From Laetmonice hystrix (taxonomy: Eukaryota): 64,000 bases of DNA. The translations under genes were made by a program, and so were the position numbers. Numbering within the stretch: position 1 is the first letter of the stretch; each line of letters starts with the position of its first letter. Below are positions 23,683-35,106 of this stretch, one piece after another. The notes beneath the pieces are model-generated. The model searched no databases. It was not told the DNA's origin and saw only the letters and a program-made list of their open reading frames with translations. Location: positions 30,692,001 through 30,756,000 of the forward strand of contig OZ249436.1 in NCBI GenBank assembly GCA_965235115.1. The letters are read 5' to 3'.

Positions 23683-23711
23683 GTGTTTCATCCTCAGGAT
23701 TGATAGAGGAG
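23683..23711 (-). CDS. Inferred 29-nt linker micro-exon of chitinase
   Basis: tatag|C TCC TCT ATC AAT CCT GAG GAT GAA ACA C|gtatgt; converts phase 2 to phase 1, as needed to join the CBM14 exon. Confidence 0.55.
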
Positions 23712-23825
23712 CTATACTTTTCGAATCATGTTCAGAAAAAAACGGATAAAAGGATTTTTTAGCAGTATTTCAGTATTTCTGCATAGAGAGAGAGAGAGAG
23801 AGAGATAGCCACACAAAGAACATAC

Positions 23826-23962
23826 CCGCCCAGTTCCTCCAGGATCGCCTTCATCATTGGGTTTTTCCCAATATATCCGGGGCACAAGGTTGTTTCCATG
23901 AGGTCAAGATCCATCGCCCATATCATGACACCACCGTAACCCTGTTCCTTCATCCAGGCTAC
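23826..23962 (-). CDS. Chitinase exon (GH18 C-terminus)
   Basis: VAWMKEQGYGGVMIWAMDLDLMETTLCPGYIGKNPMMKAILEELG. Confidence 0.93.
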
Positions 23963-24183
23963 CTATCCATTCCACAGGTAAGATAAAGCCAATACAATGA
24001 CCAAGTCTGGTGGAGGAAACCCGAGTATAGGCCTACCCGGGGCATCACCAAAGTGCAGTAAGTATTGTGCCATCTCTTAAATAAGGCTGTAAGGCGTTTT
24101 AAACTTAGAAAAGATGGGCCACTTGGTATAGTGGGACAGTTATTGTAATAGCTCGGGACTGTCAATGTTGGTTAAAAACGGAC

Positions 24184-24318
24184 CTTTAAACGTATACTGC
24201 CCACATCGTCGAATCCAACCCAGGAAGGAATGCCATCAATCGTCCCCCACGCGTAGGCCGCCTCGTGCTCGTCATTGTATGCCATCGTCAATTCACCCCC
24301 TCGGACCATTGTGCACAT
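24184..24318 (-). CDS. Chitinase exon
   Basis: MCTMVRGGELTMAYNDEHEAAYAWGTIDGIPSWVGFDDVGSIRLK. Confidence 0.93.
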
Positions 24319-24995
24319 CTAAGATTGTTAAAAAGATCTTCTATAGTATAGATTCATAGACTATCCACTTTAGCCGTTACGGTTTCAGTAGGAACTTTGC
24401 TACTTGTGTCTGCCTTTCGGTTGCCTAAAGGTGAATTAAAGGCAGCGTCTCTAGATCTCGCACGGAATTGGCCGGCATCTTTAAGTTATGCTAACAGTGC
24501 TGCCATTAGGATTCCTATATACCAAAAAATGTACGAATGTCAGAAAAATGTAGCTTACCAGACCAGAAAAAAAGTATTTAAAAGAGCATGATTGTGAACC
24601 ACTTACTCTACTCTAACACAGTACATTACTTACATACACGCATGCTCATTGGGGCATTTCTTTTGCATGTTCAGGGTTTTATAGCAAGAAGACATTTTCC
24701 AGACTACGGGCAACCTGATAACGTGCTTTACCACATCATTGCATCAGGCGAGGTGGTGTCGGGAGTGGTAATATCTATTGTAATTGAGTGTAATGTGGTG
24801 CATTCTCGAATATGAAAAAGTTTCGAGCTAAAAAAAAATAGTAAAGCATATTTCCGCGAAATGGGTAAAAAAGTTTGCTTTTACTTTTAAAAAGTATAAA
24901 GTATTTAAACAATCTTTTAAAGGTCCAGAATACATGGAGTTTGAAATATGTACGGATCCTGATGAGTTTGTTCATAGCAAGATTTGACAAGGTAC

Positions 24996-25181
24996 CTCGT
25001 AAGATGACCAAAAGCCGGCCTCGCGGGTGTATTTGCCCTTGGGCCCGGGTCCGGATGCCGGGGCTCCCAACTCGTGATCGTTGATATCCTTGAGCTCTTG
25101 TGTTCGGCCATACAACGCTAGGCCTAAGATAAGCTTTTCCTTCGGACAACCTCCCGCGATCCATCTCTCTGCCGCCCATTT
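24996..25181 (-). CDS. Chitinase exon
   Basis: KWAAERWIAGGCPKEKLILGLALYGR...GKYTREAGFWSSYE. Confidence 0.94.
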
Positions 25182-25253
25182 CTTTAACAAAGGGGCCGGA
25201 TAATAATTGTACGCTGCTGACCCATCATTGAAAACACATACTCTTATCAGTAA

Positions 25254-25487
25254 AGCCGGGAACCCACTATGCGATTTCAGATCGCAGGCTCTACGATTTT
25301 AAAATCGTACGAGCCTGCGACAAAATATCAAACATGTTTGATCTGAAATCGTAGGGCCTATACAGCTGAATCGTAGGGCCTGTGATCTGGAATCGTAAGT
25401 GGCACCGGAACCCATTATGCGACAAATGGTCACGACATGAATCGTACCTGAATCGTAAGGTCAAAATCGCATAGTGGGTTCCGGCCT
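25254..25487. mobile_element. Harbinger-like MITE, TWA flanks
   Basis: taa|AGCCGGGAACCCACTATGCGATT ... AATCGCATAGTGGGTTCCGGCCT|tta. Confidence 0.75.
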
Positions 25488-25597
25488 TTAAGCCTGTCGG
25501 ATTGTCAATTGTTGGCCGATCACGAATGCAACCTTTCTACCAGGAGTCGGGCCTACCTCTTTTTTTTATTTGCGGGTGGGGGTGGGGGGTTACTCAC

Positions 25598-25721
25598 CAC
25601 GTTCAGAGTGGCGTTCTTGCCGGTTTCACCATCACGTTTGAATAGTGGTACGTGGATGGCCGTATAGTCATTCCAAGACCCGTTCAGGTCGTACGCCATA
25701 AGTGATACAAACTCCAGCTCA
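25598..25721 (-). CDS. Chitinase exon (MAYDL motif)
   Basis: ELEFVSLMAYDLNGSWNDYTAIHVPLFKRDGETGKNATLNV. Confidence 0.94.
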
Positions 25722-25989
25722 CTTCAGATGTAAACATAAGATTTCAAACGAAATGTGCCCACATGTGTCTATATAAGGGCCTAAAATGGCTCTCAGTATC
25801 TCGGGAGCGGATCCAGGATTTTCGCTTAGGGGGGGGGGGGGCACCGGGACGAAGTCGGAAAGGGGTGCCTGGTCCTGAACTGCTGATAACTAAATCATGT
25901 TTTATACAAATTTCAATCTTCATAAATCTCCAGGTTTGTTAGACCTTACTTTACTGCTCGAAAGGCGTGGCTGGGTTCATTTGGGCCTA

Positions 25990-26397
25990 AGCCCCTGATC
26001 CACCGGTGGCGACTGCTTCGCAACTGACTAGCCTAAAGAATCAAAGTTGCGAATCAGTCACAAACAAAACTTTGCAACTGATTCGCAACTTTGATGACAA
26101 GTTGTGAATCAGTCGCGAAAGCTGATCAACCGGAAAATACAGTTGCCAAGTTCCAGTCGCCAGTGGGCGAAATCAAACATGTTTGATTTCGCCAAGGGAG
26201 GTTGCGAACAGGTTGCAAAGCCAGGTGAGTCGCAGAGCCAGTTGCAAACTCCTCATGACAGGTGATCCACCAAAATAGTGTTCGTGTCGTGTTCGCGACT
26301 GGGATGTCAACTGTAGGACTTCCCCGAGTTGCGAACAGGTTGCCAATAGGTTGCCAACGAGTTGCAAGGCGAAGTTGCCACCAGTGGATCAGGGGCA
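25990..26397. mobile_element. Harbinger-like MITE nested in a GCGGATCC...GATCCGC hAT-like element (~25802-26471)
   Basis: GCCCCTGATCCACCGGTGGC ... GCCACCAGTGGATCAGGGGC. Confidence 0.7.
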
Positions 26398-26825
26398 TTA
26401 GTTATACTATACTTAATTGTCCAAAATTTAGGGGGCGGACCCCTGCCCCCCCCCCCCCAGATCCGCCTCTGATAACAACAAAATCTGGAATGGGTGCAGT
26501 AATCTTGAGGCCGGGGTTCGATTCCTGTAGAGAACTATACGACTTTTCTCTTTAGGGACATTGTCAACGTAATTGGGTTACGCCTGATGCCCGTGCATTT
26601 CAAAAGAAAAAAAAACAAAATCTATCATCATTTTCTTCTAGTCATAGTCCGAAGGAGCTTGACCAATATGAGGCAAATCTAAACTTTATTAATCAGATGC
26701 CTATCACATGTAATATTCATGCATTCCCTCATTATCTAAATCGTACAATATAATGTGATATACCAAGTTTTGTCAACATGTATTCAGATTAAGCATTGTG
26801 CTAGCAAAATACAATACAGCCTCAC

Positions 26826-26950
26826 CGTGTGATCTTCTCGATCTCATAGCCGGCTTCGATAACCTCTATTCCGGCACCCACCGCTGCACTTAACATCAGA
26901 GCGGGCTTTCCGGTGATTATCGCATCATCGTCAAACTTCTTCTTCATTTC
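26826..26950 (-). CDS. Chitinase exon
   Basis: EMKKKFDDDAIITGKPALMLSAAVGAGIEVIEAGYEIEKIT. Confidence 0.93.
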
Positions 26951-27114
26951 CTTAGAACGGAGAACAAGTCATTGTGAACGTTTCCGAGCAATAATAATAT
27001 GATTATATCTCGACCGGTATAGAAATTACTATTACATTCGACGCATGGAAATCTGCTACGACTACTTTCACTGATGCTCCGTGCCTCATGCACTAAATGT
27101 GAAAATAGAACAAG

Positions 27115-28172
27115 TAGTCAGGGAGCATGTGTAATCCCGTGGGCATCTTGTGATGAAAGTAAGCGACCCCCCTAGATGTCTTTAGGGGGTCCGAAATAAT
27201 ACAAAAACTTTGATGGCAGTCTAGGAATGGTGGCTACTTCCGGTAAAGCGCAAAATCCAAAATGGCTGCCAGTCGCCATATTAAAATTGTATGTTTCGAT
27301 TCCCTTGTCATAGAAGCATGTATAATGGCACTTTTTCCACTAAATCTCACACGAGGAATCGATTTCTGGCATTATTATTTGATTTGGAGGCCTCATTCCG
27401 GTTGAAATCCAAGATGGCCGCCAGTGGACATGCTGAAAAATGTAACTATTGAACTGCTTGGCCTAGGAACATGTATGATAGGACTTTTTCGACCAAATGT
27501 GACATAAAGAACCTATTCCATTTTTGCATTTGGAGGCCTCCTTGATGCTGATATCCAAGATGGCTGTCGGTGGTGAGCTTGAAAATGTCACTTATCAGTG
27601 CTTTTGAAGTCAGCTATCAAAACCTGCAATTAACTTACAGTCAGCACAATATTATTCTCGGTCAATGTAGACTTCAAGAGCACTGATAAAAGATATTTTC
27701 AAGCTCATCATTGACAGGCATCTTGGATATCAGCATCAAGGAGGCCTCCAAATGGAAAAATAATGGCGGGAATAGATTCTTCATGTCACATTTGGTCGAA
27801 AAAGTCCTATCATACATGTTCCTAGGCCAAGTAGTTCAGTAGTTACATTTATCAGCATTCTTCTTGGATTTCAACCAGAAGGAGGCCTCCAAATCAAATA
27901 ATAATGCCAGAAATCGATTCCTCGTATGAGATTTAGTGGAAAAAAGTGCTATTATACACGATTCTATGACAAGGGAATCGAAACATACAATTTTAATATG
28001 GCGACTGGCAGCCATTTTGGATTTCGCGCTTTACCGGAAGTAGCCGCCATTCCTAGATTGCCAACAAGTTTTTTTGTATTATTTGGGACCCCATAAAGAC
28101 ATCTAGGGGCTCGCTTGCTTTCATCACAAAATGCCCACGGGACTTTATTTCATGCAACATGCTCCCTGACTA
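27115..28172. mobile_element. ~1.06-kb fold-back element, TAG...CTA ends, 3-bp AAG TSD (Academ-like)
   Basis: aag|TAGTCAGGGAGCATG ... CATGCTCCCTGACTA|aag; ~500-bp inverted arms around a ~60-bp loop (27612-27669). Confidence 0.8.
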
Positions 28173-28613
28173 AAGCTGAGGCACAACACGCCTGTATAGG
28201 GGCCAATGTGCAGGTCTTGACTGACAACTGGTTTAAACTGACAACAGTTGTCGGGTTAGATCCAGGTCTAAACTGACAAATAATGATTAGTGCTGGAATG
28301 AGAATCACTAAGGTTATATTTCTGTCATGGAGAATCAGTTCAAATTAGTGATTTATTGTTGCAGCACTTGTGATCATTATTTGATCACAAGGAATTCCAC
28401 TGTGAAGCAAAGAAACTATCTGTGAAGTACAGCATGCAGGTACCATAGGCCTACTTACGACCCCCCCCCCCCCCCAAAAAAAAATAAAATAAAATAAAAA
28501 ATAAAAAATAAACATTTCTACACACAACTATTTCCTCTTTGCATGACGGGGTGGGTGCGCCTGTGGGTTTGTTTATGTAGTGTGTGTAACCGAGAATCAC
28601 CGGTCACTGTTAC

Positions 28614-28866
28614 CTGGACCAAACTGGTAAAGCGCTGTTTATCTCCGGGCGGGCTGCCGCGACTGCCCGGATACTCGAAATCGAGATCCAACCCGTCAAA
28701 CCTGTGCATTCGGAGGAACGCGATGGATGAAGCAATAAACGTCGCACGGGTCGCTGGAGTCGCCAACATCTTCGTCATTTCCGTTGTATTATGGTTCCAT
28801 CCGCCAACAGCCAAGGACATTTTCAGGTCCGGATAGTTTTCTTTTATAGCCATCAATCTGCCGTAC
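28614..28866 (-). CDS. Chitinase exon (catalytic DxDxE)
   Basis: [24 protein letters not shown]...[29 protein letters not shown]. Confidence 0.97.
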
Positions 28867-29074
28867 CTGTCTCAACGGATCATATAATTTTCATTTTGGT
28901 AGATAGGCTAGACATGCTTCTGTCAGAAGACATTTCTTCACATAATTTATTTTGGGGACGTTCACCAAGTTTGTGGGCCTATCAGAAAATTAACCGTCCC
29001 TTTTTTACCCACCAGCCCCTTCTCCTCTAGGGCGTTATCGATTTTTTGACTCATTGCGCATGAAGGGTGAGTAA

Positions 29075-29605
29075 AGGCCCGGCCACACAGAGCCGACTAC
29101 CCCCAACCCGATGGTCGGAGGCCCGGGGAGTCCAAATCGGCCAACTACTCAGTCAGTCTGATATATGCCCAACCATGCCACACTGAATGCGATCCGAAAG
29201 TCGGGAGTGGGATGCCACACTAGCGACACCACTCGTGACCAGTATGTACTATTGTAACTATTCATTCCCCTAGCGGTAGTTCCCACTCCGCCATGTTGTT
29301 TGTGTTGTCCCGCTCGCCGGGTATCTTGGGAGTAGCGTTTGTATGGTGCGCGCTGTGATTGGCTGGTAAGCAGCCCGACTGTTGAGTCTGGGCGGTAGGT
29401 ATGCCACACAGGCCCGACTAGGCCCGACCAGACCAAACCGTTTGGTCGCTCATCTTGTGCAGGACAAGATGAACGACCGGACTGGTCAGTCGGTGAAAAA
29501 CACCCGACTACGGCCGACTGACCATGCCAGACAGGGCCGACTACCCCCGACTCGACTCCCCCAGACCATCGGGTCGGGGGTAGTCGGCTCTGTGTGGCCG
29601 GGCCT
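29075..29605. mobile_element. Harbinger-like MITE, TWA flanks
   Basis: taa|AGGCCCGGCCACACAGAGCCGACTACCCCC ... GGGGGTAGTCGGCTCTGTGTGGCCGGGCCT|tta. Confidence 0.85.
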
Positions 29606-30162
29606 TTAGGGTTGAGGTTTCCGTTCTACGGATGTAGGGCCCTATATAGGCATCTGATGGAGGGGGGGGGGGGGGGGTCTGGAATCCCTCAACTCAGGGA
29701 GGTCACTTTCAGTCTCCTGGGGCCCAATTATTAGCTGCTTTGTTGTTGGGCCTTAGCTACTAGGCCTATAGACATTGAGTTGTCAAGGGGCATGACGTAT
29801 GCCACGGGGAATAGCTCAGGCGCGTAGCCAGGGGGGTGCGACGAGTGGGCAGCCCCCCCCCCCCCATATCCCCCCGAGGTCCACTCCAGGGACAACATTA
29901 TAGGTCTAAACCCCGGGCCTAAACCATGCCAGAACTTACGGCACAAGATCACGGAAGCATGGTCCAGTGGCAGCGTACAAATTTAGTGATATAAGCGATT
30001 AAAGCGTGGTTGTTTGAAATAGAGTATAGCCCTACTGATCCTGTAAAACGCATTTTAAAAAAATAAAAAATAGAAGAAGAAAAACTGAATCTGAGGCGGA
30101 AAAAGCCCTCCCTTTTTATATGCATTATGGATTTGTTGCTGGCTGTCTTGGTAATGATGTAA

Positions 30163-30540
30163 CATAGGCGACGGCGGAACCGGGGGGGGGGGGGGTAGGG
30201 GGGTTGCAACTTCCCCAATGAAAAATGTGTGGGTTTTAATAGGCTTCACCCCCCCCCCCCCCCCAATAATTGTTGACATGCTAAAATGTCAGTGGGTGGT
30301 GAAGATTGGTCGCGCTGTGCAGTAAAGCTGTGCTGCCCTTTAAATTGCTCCCAGATGCCAGGAAAACGCGTATATATTTAGCACTTTAATTTTCTTTTTT
30401 TTTCTGGACTTCCAGACCCTCTGCTCGAGGCTTCGCGCCTTCGGCGCTCGCATGACCCGCATTTCAAATCTTGGAACTTGGGACATGTCAGTCACCCCCC
30501 CCCCCCTCCAACCAACCAATTTTATCTTCCGCCGCCTATA
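30163..30540. mobile_element. hAT-like MITE
   Basis: CATAGGCG(ACG)GCGGAA ... TTCCGCCGCCTATA; flanks tgtaa / tttaa. Confidence 0.55.
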
Positions 30541-30887
30541 TTTAACGATTTACAGTGCATTGGATTTTATTTTAGCGCTTTTCTTTTAGAGGTGACAGGT
30601 CCCAAATCCTATGAAACGCACCCCCCCCCCCCAAAAAAAATGCTGGCAAAATTCAAGAATGTAAGCCTATCTATTTGTATTCAATGTTTAAAAGTATGTG
30701 CGATACTAGTATATAAATATGTGCAATATTTTAGTATTGTTCATGCCACGATACAAATATTGCAACCTAGCTAGGCCTATGTTTAATTCCAACATATTTA
30801 TCATGTGTGACGTAGAACGTAGTTATGCTCGAATTTGTTTGAATGTTGTAAATCCAGACCTTCCCAATCAACACAGCATTTACTTAC

Positions 30888-31062
30888 ATCGCTTCGTCGT
30901 TCCACTCGTACGGGACAAGTTCGCTGTCTTCATTAAGCACTGCGAACGCAAACATGATGTGCGTGCAGAGGGAGCCGTCGATGTCTTCTGGGAAGAAGTC
31001 GGCGGGGTCGGGCCGGTACTGGGACCAGTTAGTGTAGTAACATATCCGGCGATACTCGGCCC
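30888..31062 (-). CDS. Chitinase exon (GH18 N-terminus)
   Basis: AEYRRICYYTNWSQYRPDPADFFPEDIDGSLCTHIMFAFAVLNEDSELVPYEWNDEA. Confidence 0.95.
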
Positions 31063-31165
31063 CTGGCGAAAACCACGCAACACAAAGAGTAAATGACTAG
31101 CCTACATATATTGTGGTCTAATGTTGGCCCTACGTTCACACCAACACAGGATGACCTTTCTTATC

Positions 31166-31747
31166 CCGGGGTAACGTTTTGAAATCCCCCCCCCTCCCGA
31201 ATACCCCCCCCCCCGGGAATTTGAAAACGTTTTCAAATTCCCGGTGAGGAATTTGAAATCGTTTTCAAATTCCCTCCCAGGAATTTGAAATCGTTTTCAA
31301 ATTCCCGGTGAGGAATTTGAAAATCGTTTTCAGATTCATCCCTCCATTTTCAAATCCCCCCTGGATTCTGAAAATGTTTTCAATTTCCCCCACGAGAACG
31401 TAAAAAACGTTAAAACGCGTCCCCTTGGGATAGGGCTAGGGTTAGGGTTTGGGTTAGGGCTAGGTTAGGGTGAAAATGAACGGTCAGTAAAATGAATGGA
31501 GAGAAACAAGCTGGCAAACGATATCTAGGTCTAGGACCTACCCCGTACATGTGGTGAAGTAAGAAGGACAAAAAGGATCGACATTTAAAATTAGTCATAA
31601 AATAATAAGGTAGGCCTATATTTTATTTATAAACGTAAAACGTTTTCAAGTCCCTGGTGGAGGGAAAGTTAAATCGCGGGAGGGAATTTGAAAACGTTTT
31701 TAAGTTCCCGGGGGGGGGGGGGGGGGGACTTGAAATCGTTACACTGG
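31166..31747. mobile_element. Unclassified TIR element with internal GAATTTGAAA-x-TTTTCAAATTC repeats and a degenerate (TTAGGG)n tract
   Basis: CCGGGGTAACGTTTTGAAATCCCC ... GGGGACTTGAAATCGTTACACTGG; telomere-like tract ~31427-31470. Confidence 0.6.
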
Positions 31748-32591
31748 CTCCACCCATCCACTGCAACGTTTCGGTTGCATTTGCTGGCGGTTCTTGAGGC
31801 CGACGGCGGCGCGTTTTTACCGTCACATAAACGCTGAGCAGACGCCAAGTTGTGGTCAGCTGCACGCACGTCATTTTCAGCAGATCCACCAACGTTCACT
31901 GACGGTATGCTTGGTAGTAGTACATGTATATTGCATCACGACCAATCAGTGTGCAGCTTGAATTTAGTGCACGATGTGGAAATAACAGCAGATGCCTATA
32001 GGTCTTTTGTTCAAAAATAAATTAAGATTTTTCTTAAGATTTATAAAGTATAAAGATCATATAAAGTAAGAAAAAAGTTACTGCCATCGATGATGCAGGT
32101 ATGCGGACTTGTTGCTACTCGTCGCCAGTCAGGTCGCCAGTCGGCTCTACCTCGACAGATGGCAGATCATGTCTCGGCGGTAATGGTCAGGTCGCCATTT
32201 TTGAAAGTAGTCACACAACAAAACAAACCTATGTGCTTTCCACAGCTACCATCTTGGCCTTTGTCACTATAAAAAAAATTCTAGTGGGTGTTCACGGAAG
32301 GGACGGTGATCAGAGTTATGTGAAATAACGTCCTCCTTCGTATCTTGCCTAGACTGCCTCACCAGTATCCGAGCGCTTCGCGCTAGCAGTCGCAACGGCC
32401 CGTGTCGCCGCTGTCGGTAGCTGTGACTGAGTCTGAGTCAGCGAGTGTTGGTGGCCGACGATGGGACGAATGGAGGCATAAGACATTTCCGAGTTGAGCG
32501 TGTTTCTCTCTGTTTTGGTTTAACTGCCGCGACTTTCCTTTGGTTATCGGACAGTTTTCAAGTGCATAATGCAAACACTCATCAACCGCTG

Positions 32592-32751
32592 CAGGGGTGT
32601 AGCCAGGGGGGCCGAAGGGGGCCTCGCCCCCCCCCCAGGCTTACACCAGTAAAGTGAATTTTCAATGATGAAACGGACACATGTGCGCGGTTTCAGCTCG
32701 TCGCGGATCTCAGCCCCCCCCCCCCCTCAGAAAATCCTGGCTACACCCCTG
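32592..32751. mobile_element. hAT-like MITE with perfect 5-bp TSD
   Basis: cgctg|CAGGGGTGTAGCCAGG ... CCTGGCTACACCCCTG|cgctg. Confidence 0.8.
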
Positions 32752-33356
32752 CGCTGCCATTACGCTGTAGGGATTACTTGGTCAGCGCGCATTGTGCCCC
32801 CTGCCTGCTTACACAGTATTCATTCGCGCCGCATCACAAAAGTCACACAAATCTGTCCATTACACCCGAGGTGAAAATCCGAACCCAGCGGAAGCTGGCG
32901 GACTTTCCCGAGGGTTCCCGAATGACTCGCCGCAAGCAACCGCCAACTCACCGCCGATATTACAAATCGGTTGTGACGTCAGGTGCACGCCAAACAACGT
33001 CACCTGCCGCGAAGCAGCCGTCACCCTCCCGCAATATCAGATCCACAGCAGCGTCTGTCCGCCGTCTGACGGTCGAGTCGTCCGTCCGACGGCCGTCTGA
33101 CGGTCGAGTCGTCCGTCTGACGGCCGTCACGAAAACGCGATATTAGAGAGTTTTAGATTGCACTCACGTGAACGCCCCGCATACGTGAGAGCAGTCAAAA
33201 GGTCACGTACAAGTTGAGTACACGCGCGGCAACTAAAACAGTTTTTAACAGAGTACACACGTGTGGAGGTGTAGGTACGTACCTATCTATCTGCGGGGCC
33301 ACGGGATGGGGCGGTTTGTGGACACCCTCTCCCCCCTTTTTTTCTACACGGTGCTC

Positions 33357-33752
33357 AAAAAGTGGTAGCAAACTGAGGGAATTGGTCCTGCTGCTGGAAC
33401 AGCCTCGCGTAATTCGTTATGTTCCGGCGCTTAACCCAAACAAAAAACAAACTCAAAAACTAAACCAAATACTGGACAACATCAGCAGAACATTAAACCT
33501 GTCACAATCCGCCCCACGAGAGTGCATGCATGCATGTACAATGAACTAAACATCCTGGACATAGAACACAGGATAAAAGCCAAACAAGCCAACTACACAA
33601 TGAAGACCAAGAAAAGTGGTAGCAAACTGAAGGAATGGGGCCTGCTGTTTGGAACAGCCAAAACGTAATTTGTATGCCCCGGCGCTTAACCCAAACGCAA
33701 AAGAAACCCAAAAAATAAACTAAATACTGGATATCATCATCAGGAGAACATA
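33357..33752 (+). repeat. Diverged direct duplication (~140-bp unit, ~255-bp period)
   Basis: AAAAGTGGTAGCAAACTGA...CCGGCGCTTAACCCAAAC...AAATACTGGA at ~33357 and ~33612. Confidence 0.75.
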
Positions 33753-33902
33753 TGAATAATTTTGGGCTTAACTGTATCTAGTACCTATATATTACCCCCA
33801 ATATTGTGTATGACTTTATGTATGGCTGTGGATATCGCCATGAGAATTTTATGAAAATCAATGTCATCTCCACCATGCAGGATGGGGAAACCAAAAGATT
33901 AC

Positions 33903-33966
33903 CTGTGCAGACCCAAAGGCAAAGGCATGCCAGAGCCAACAGGAATGCGTTCCTCAGGTACTGCAT
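33903..33966 (-). CDS. Chitinase exon: signal peptide
   Basis: MQYLRNAFLLALACLCLWVCT(G); acceptor tttcag before 33976, donor gtaatc; phase 1 fits next exon. Confidence 0.85.
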
Positions 33967-35065
33967 CGTAACTGACCTGAAACAAGTTTACACGTTCTGT
34001 TAATGGCCTTCAAATTCGTGGGTCATCCACACAAACACACAAACACACAACATAATTTGACTGGTGCCTGAAGGTGATAAAAATCATAATGTCAGAAAGT
34101 AATACCGTATAATGCAATGATGCATGCAGTGAAGGATTTGGGCGGCGCACCCCCCCCCCCCCAATTTCTGCAAAATAACCTTAAAGTGACCTTTTGCTGA
34201 CATATTTTGACGTTTCCAGAGGCCGAAAAAGGAGCCCCCCCCCCTCCAAAAATCCCCGGTGATGTTGCTTGAACGATTTATAAGGCTTCGACATTTATAC
34301 TCCGCACATACGAGCCGATAGGCCGACCTATATAACGTTGGCGCGACGCTCCTCAAATATTTGTAATATCGTTGTTGGAAAGTTCTAAGTTAAGCCACAG
34401 TACCACTGTGACGATTTTTTTTAGCGAACCACAACGATCTGGCATTCGTGGAGAAAATCGCTTTGGACAGAGTTCTTTCGTGTTCTGTTAAACTTTCCTT
34501 GCGCATCGTGCAGATTGTCTGACTCTCAATTCATGGAGGCGCTACGACAGTTTTGAAATATTCAAAATAGTCGTTGCGCTGCAACGATTCAATCGTATTC
34601 ACTCACTGTTGTTGTGCATTCGCGCGTAGTCCTTCCTCTTCTTTGCAATTATCCTATTTACAATTCGTTGTCACTCTTACCGCGTACAACATTTCAGGTG
34701 GGGTGGAGTAAAAGACCACGAAATCCGCCAGTCGAAAATCGTGATAACATCATGTTATGATAGGCCTAGAAACGCGCGCGGAATTAAAATTCTGAGATGG
34801 TTGGTTTAAGTATAGGCCCTACTCTATAGTGATTCTGCCTGTTATTATAACTAGGACCTTCATACCAAATGTTGCAACTTGCTCAGTGCTTGCGAATAGG
34901 CTTACATTTAGATTATTGCGCCGAAATGGAGGCGCGATATAAGTTTCACATAATTTGCATTATATTTATGATCTGACAATGCTATGGGCGAATGCTCGCA
35001 AACCTCGCAAGTTAGCCAAAAGAAAACGCCCAATATAACAATGGACTTACCGTATTTCAGGTGAC

Positions 35066-35106
35066 TGCAATGAATATCGTCTGCCGTGTGGATCTGTTTA
35101 TATATA
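35066..35106 (-). promoter_or_regulatory. TATA box and initiator of the chitinase gene
   Basis: Minus strand: TATATATAAA (35106-35097), TCATT initiator with A at 35071 (31 nt from TATAAA start), then gtaagt donor starting at 35050. Confidence 0.7.

Larger units (their letters stand above)
20479..35071 (-). other. Gene model: secreted GH18 chitinase with C-terminal CBM14 chitin-binding domain (~463 aa, CHIA/CHIT1-like)
   Basis: Non-coding exon ~35051-35071; coding exons 33903-33966, 30888-31062, 28614-28866, 26826-26950, 25598-25721, 24996-25181, 24184-24318, 23826-23962, 23683-23711 (inferred), 20479-20642; total 1392 nt in frame; intact [11 protein letters not shown]. Confidence 0.92.

Noticed and set aside
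23779..23825. Strong-looking acceptor after the (TC)n tract as the next chitinase exon
   Set aside because: Would need a 47-nt intron and runs into an in-frame stop
26490..26530. tRNA gene (GGTTCGATTCC B-box)
   Set aside because: No A-box or cloverleaf; at most a SINE-head remnant
31427..31470. Interstitial telomere linked to nearby TERB2
   Set aside because: Short degenerate TTAGGG tract inside a TIR element; proximity to TERB2 is coincidental
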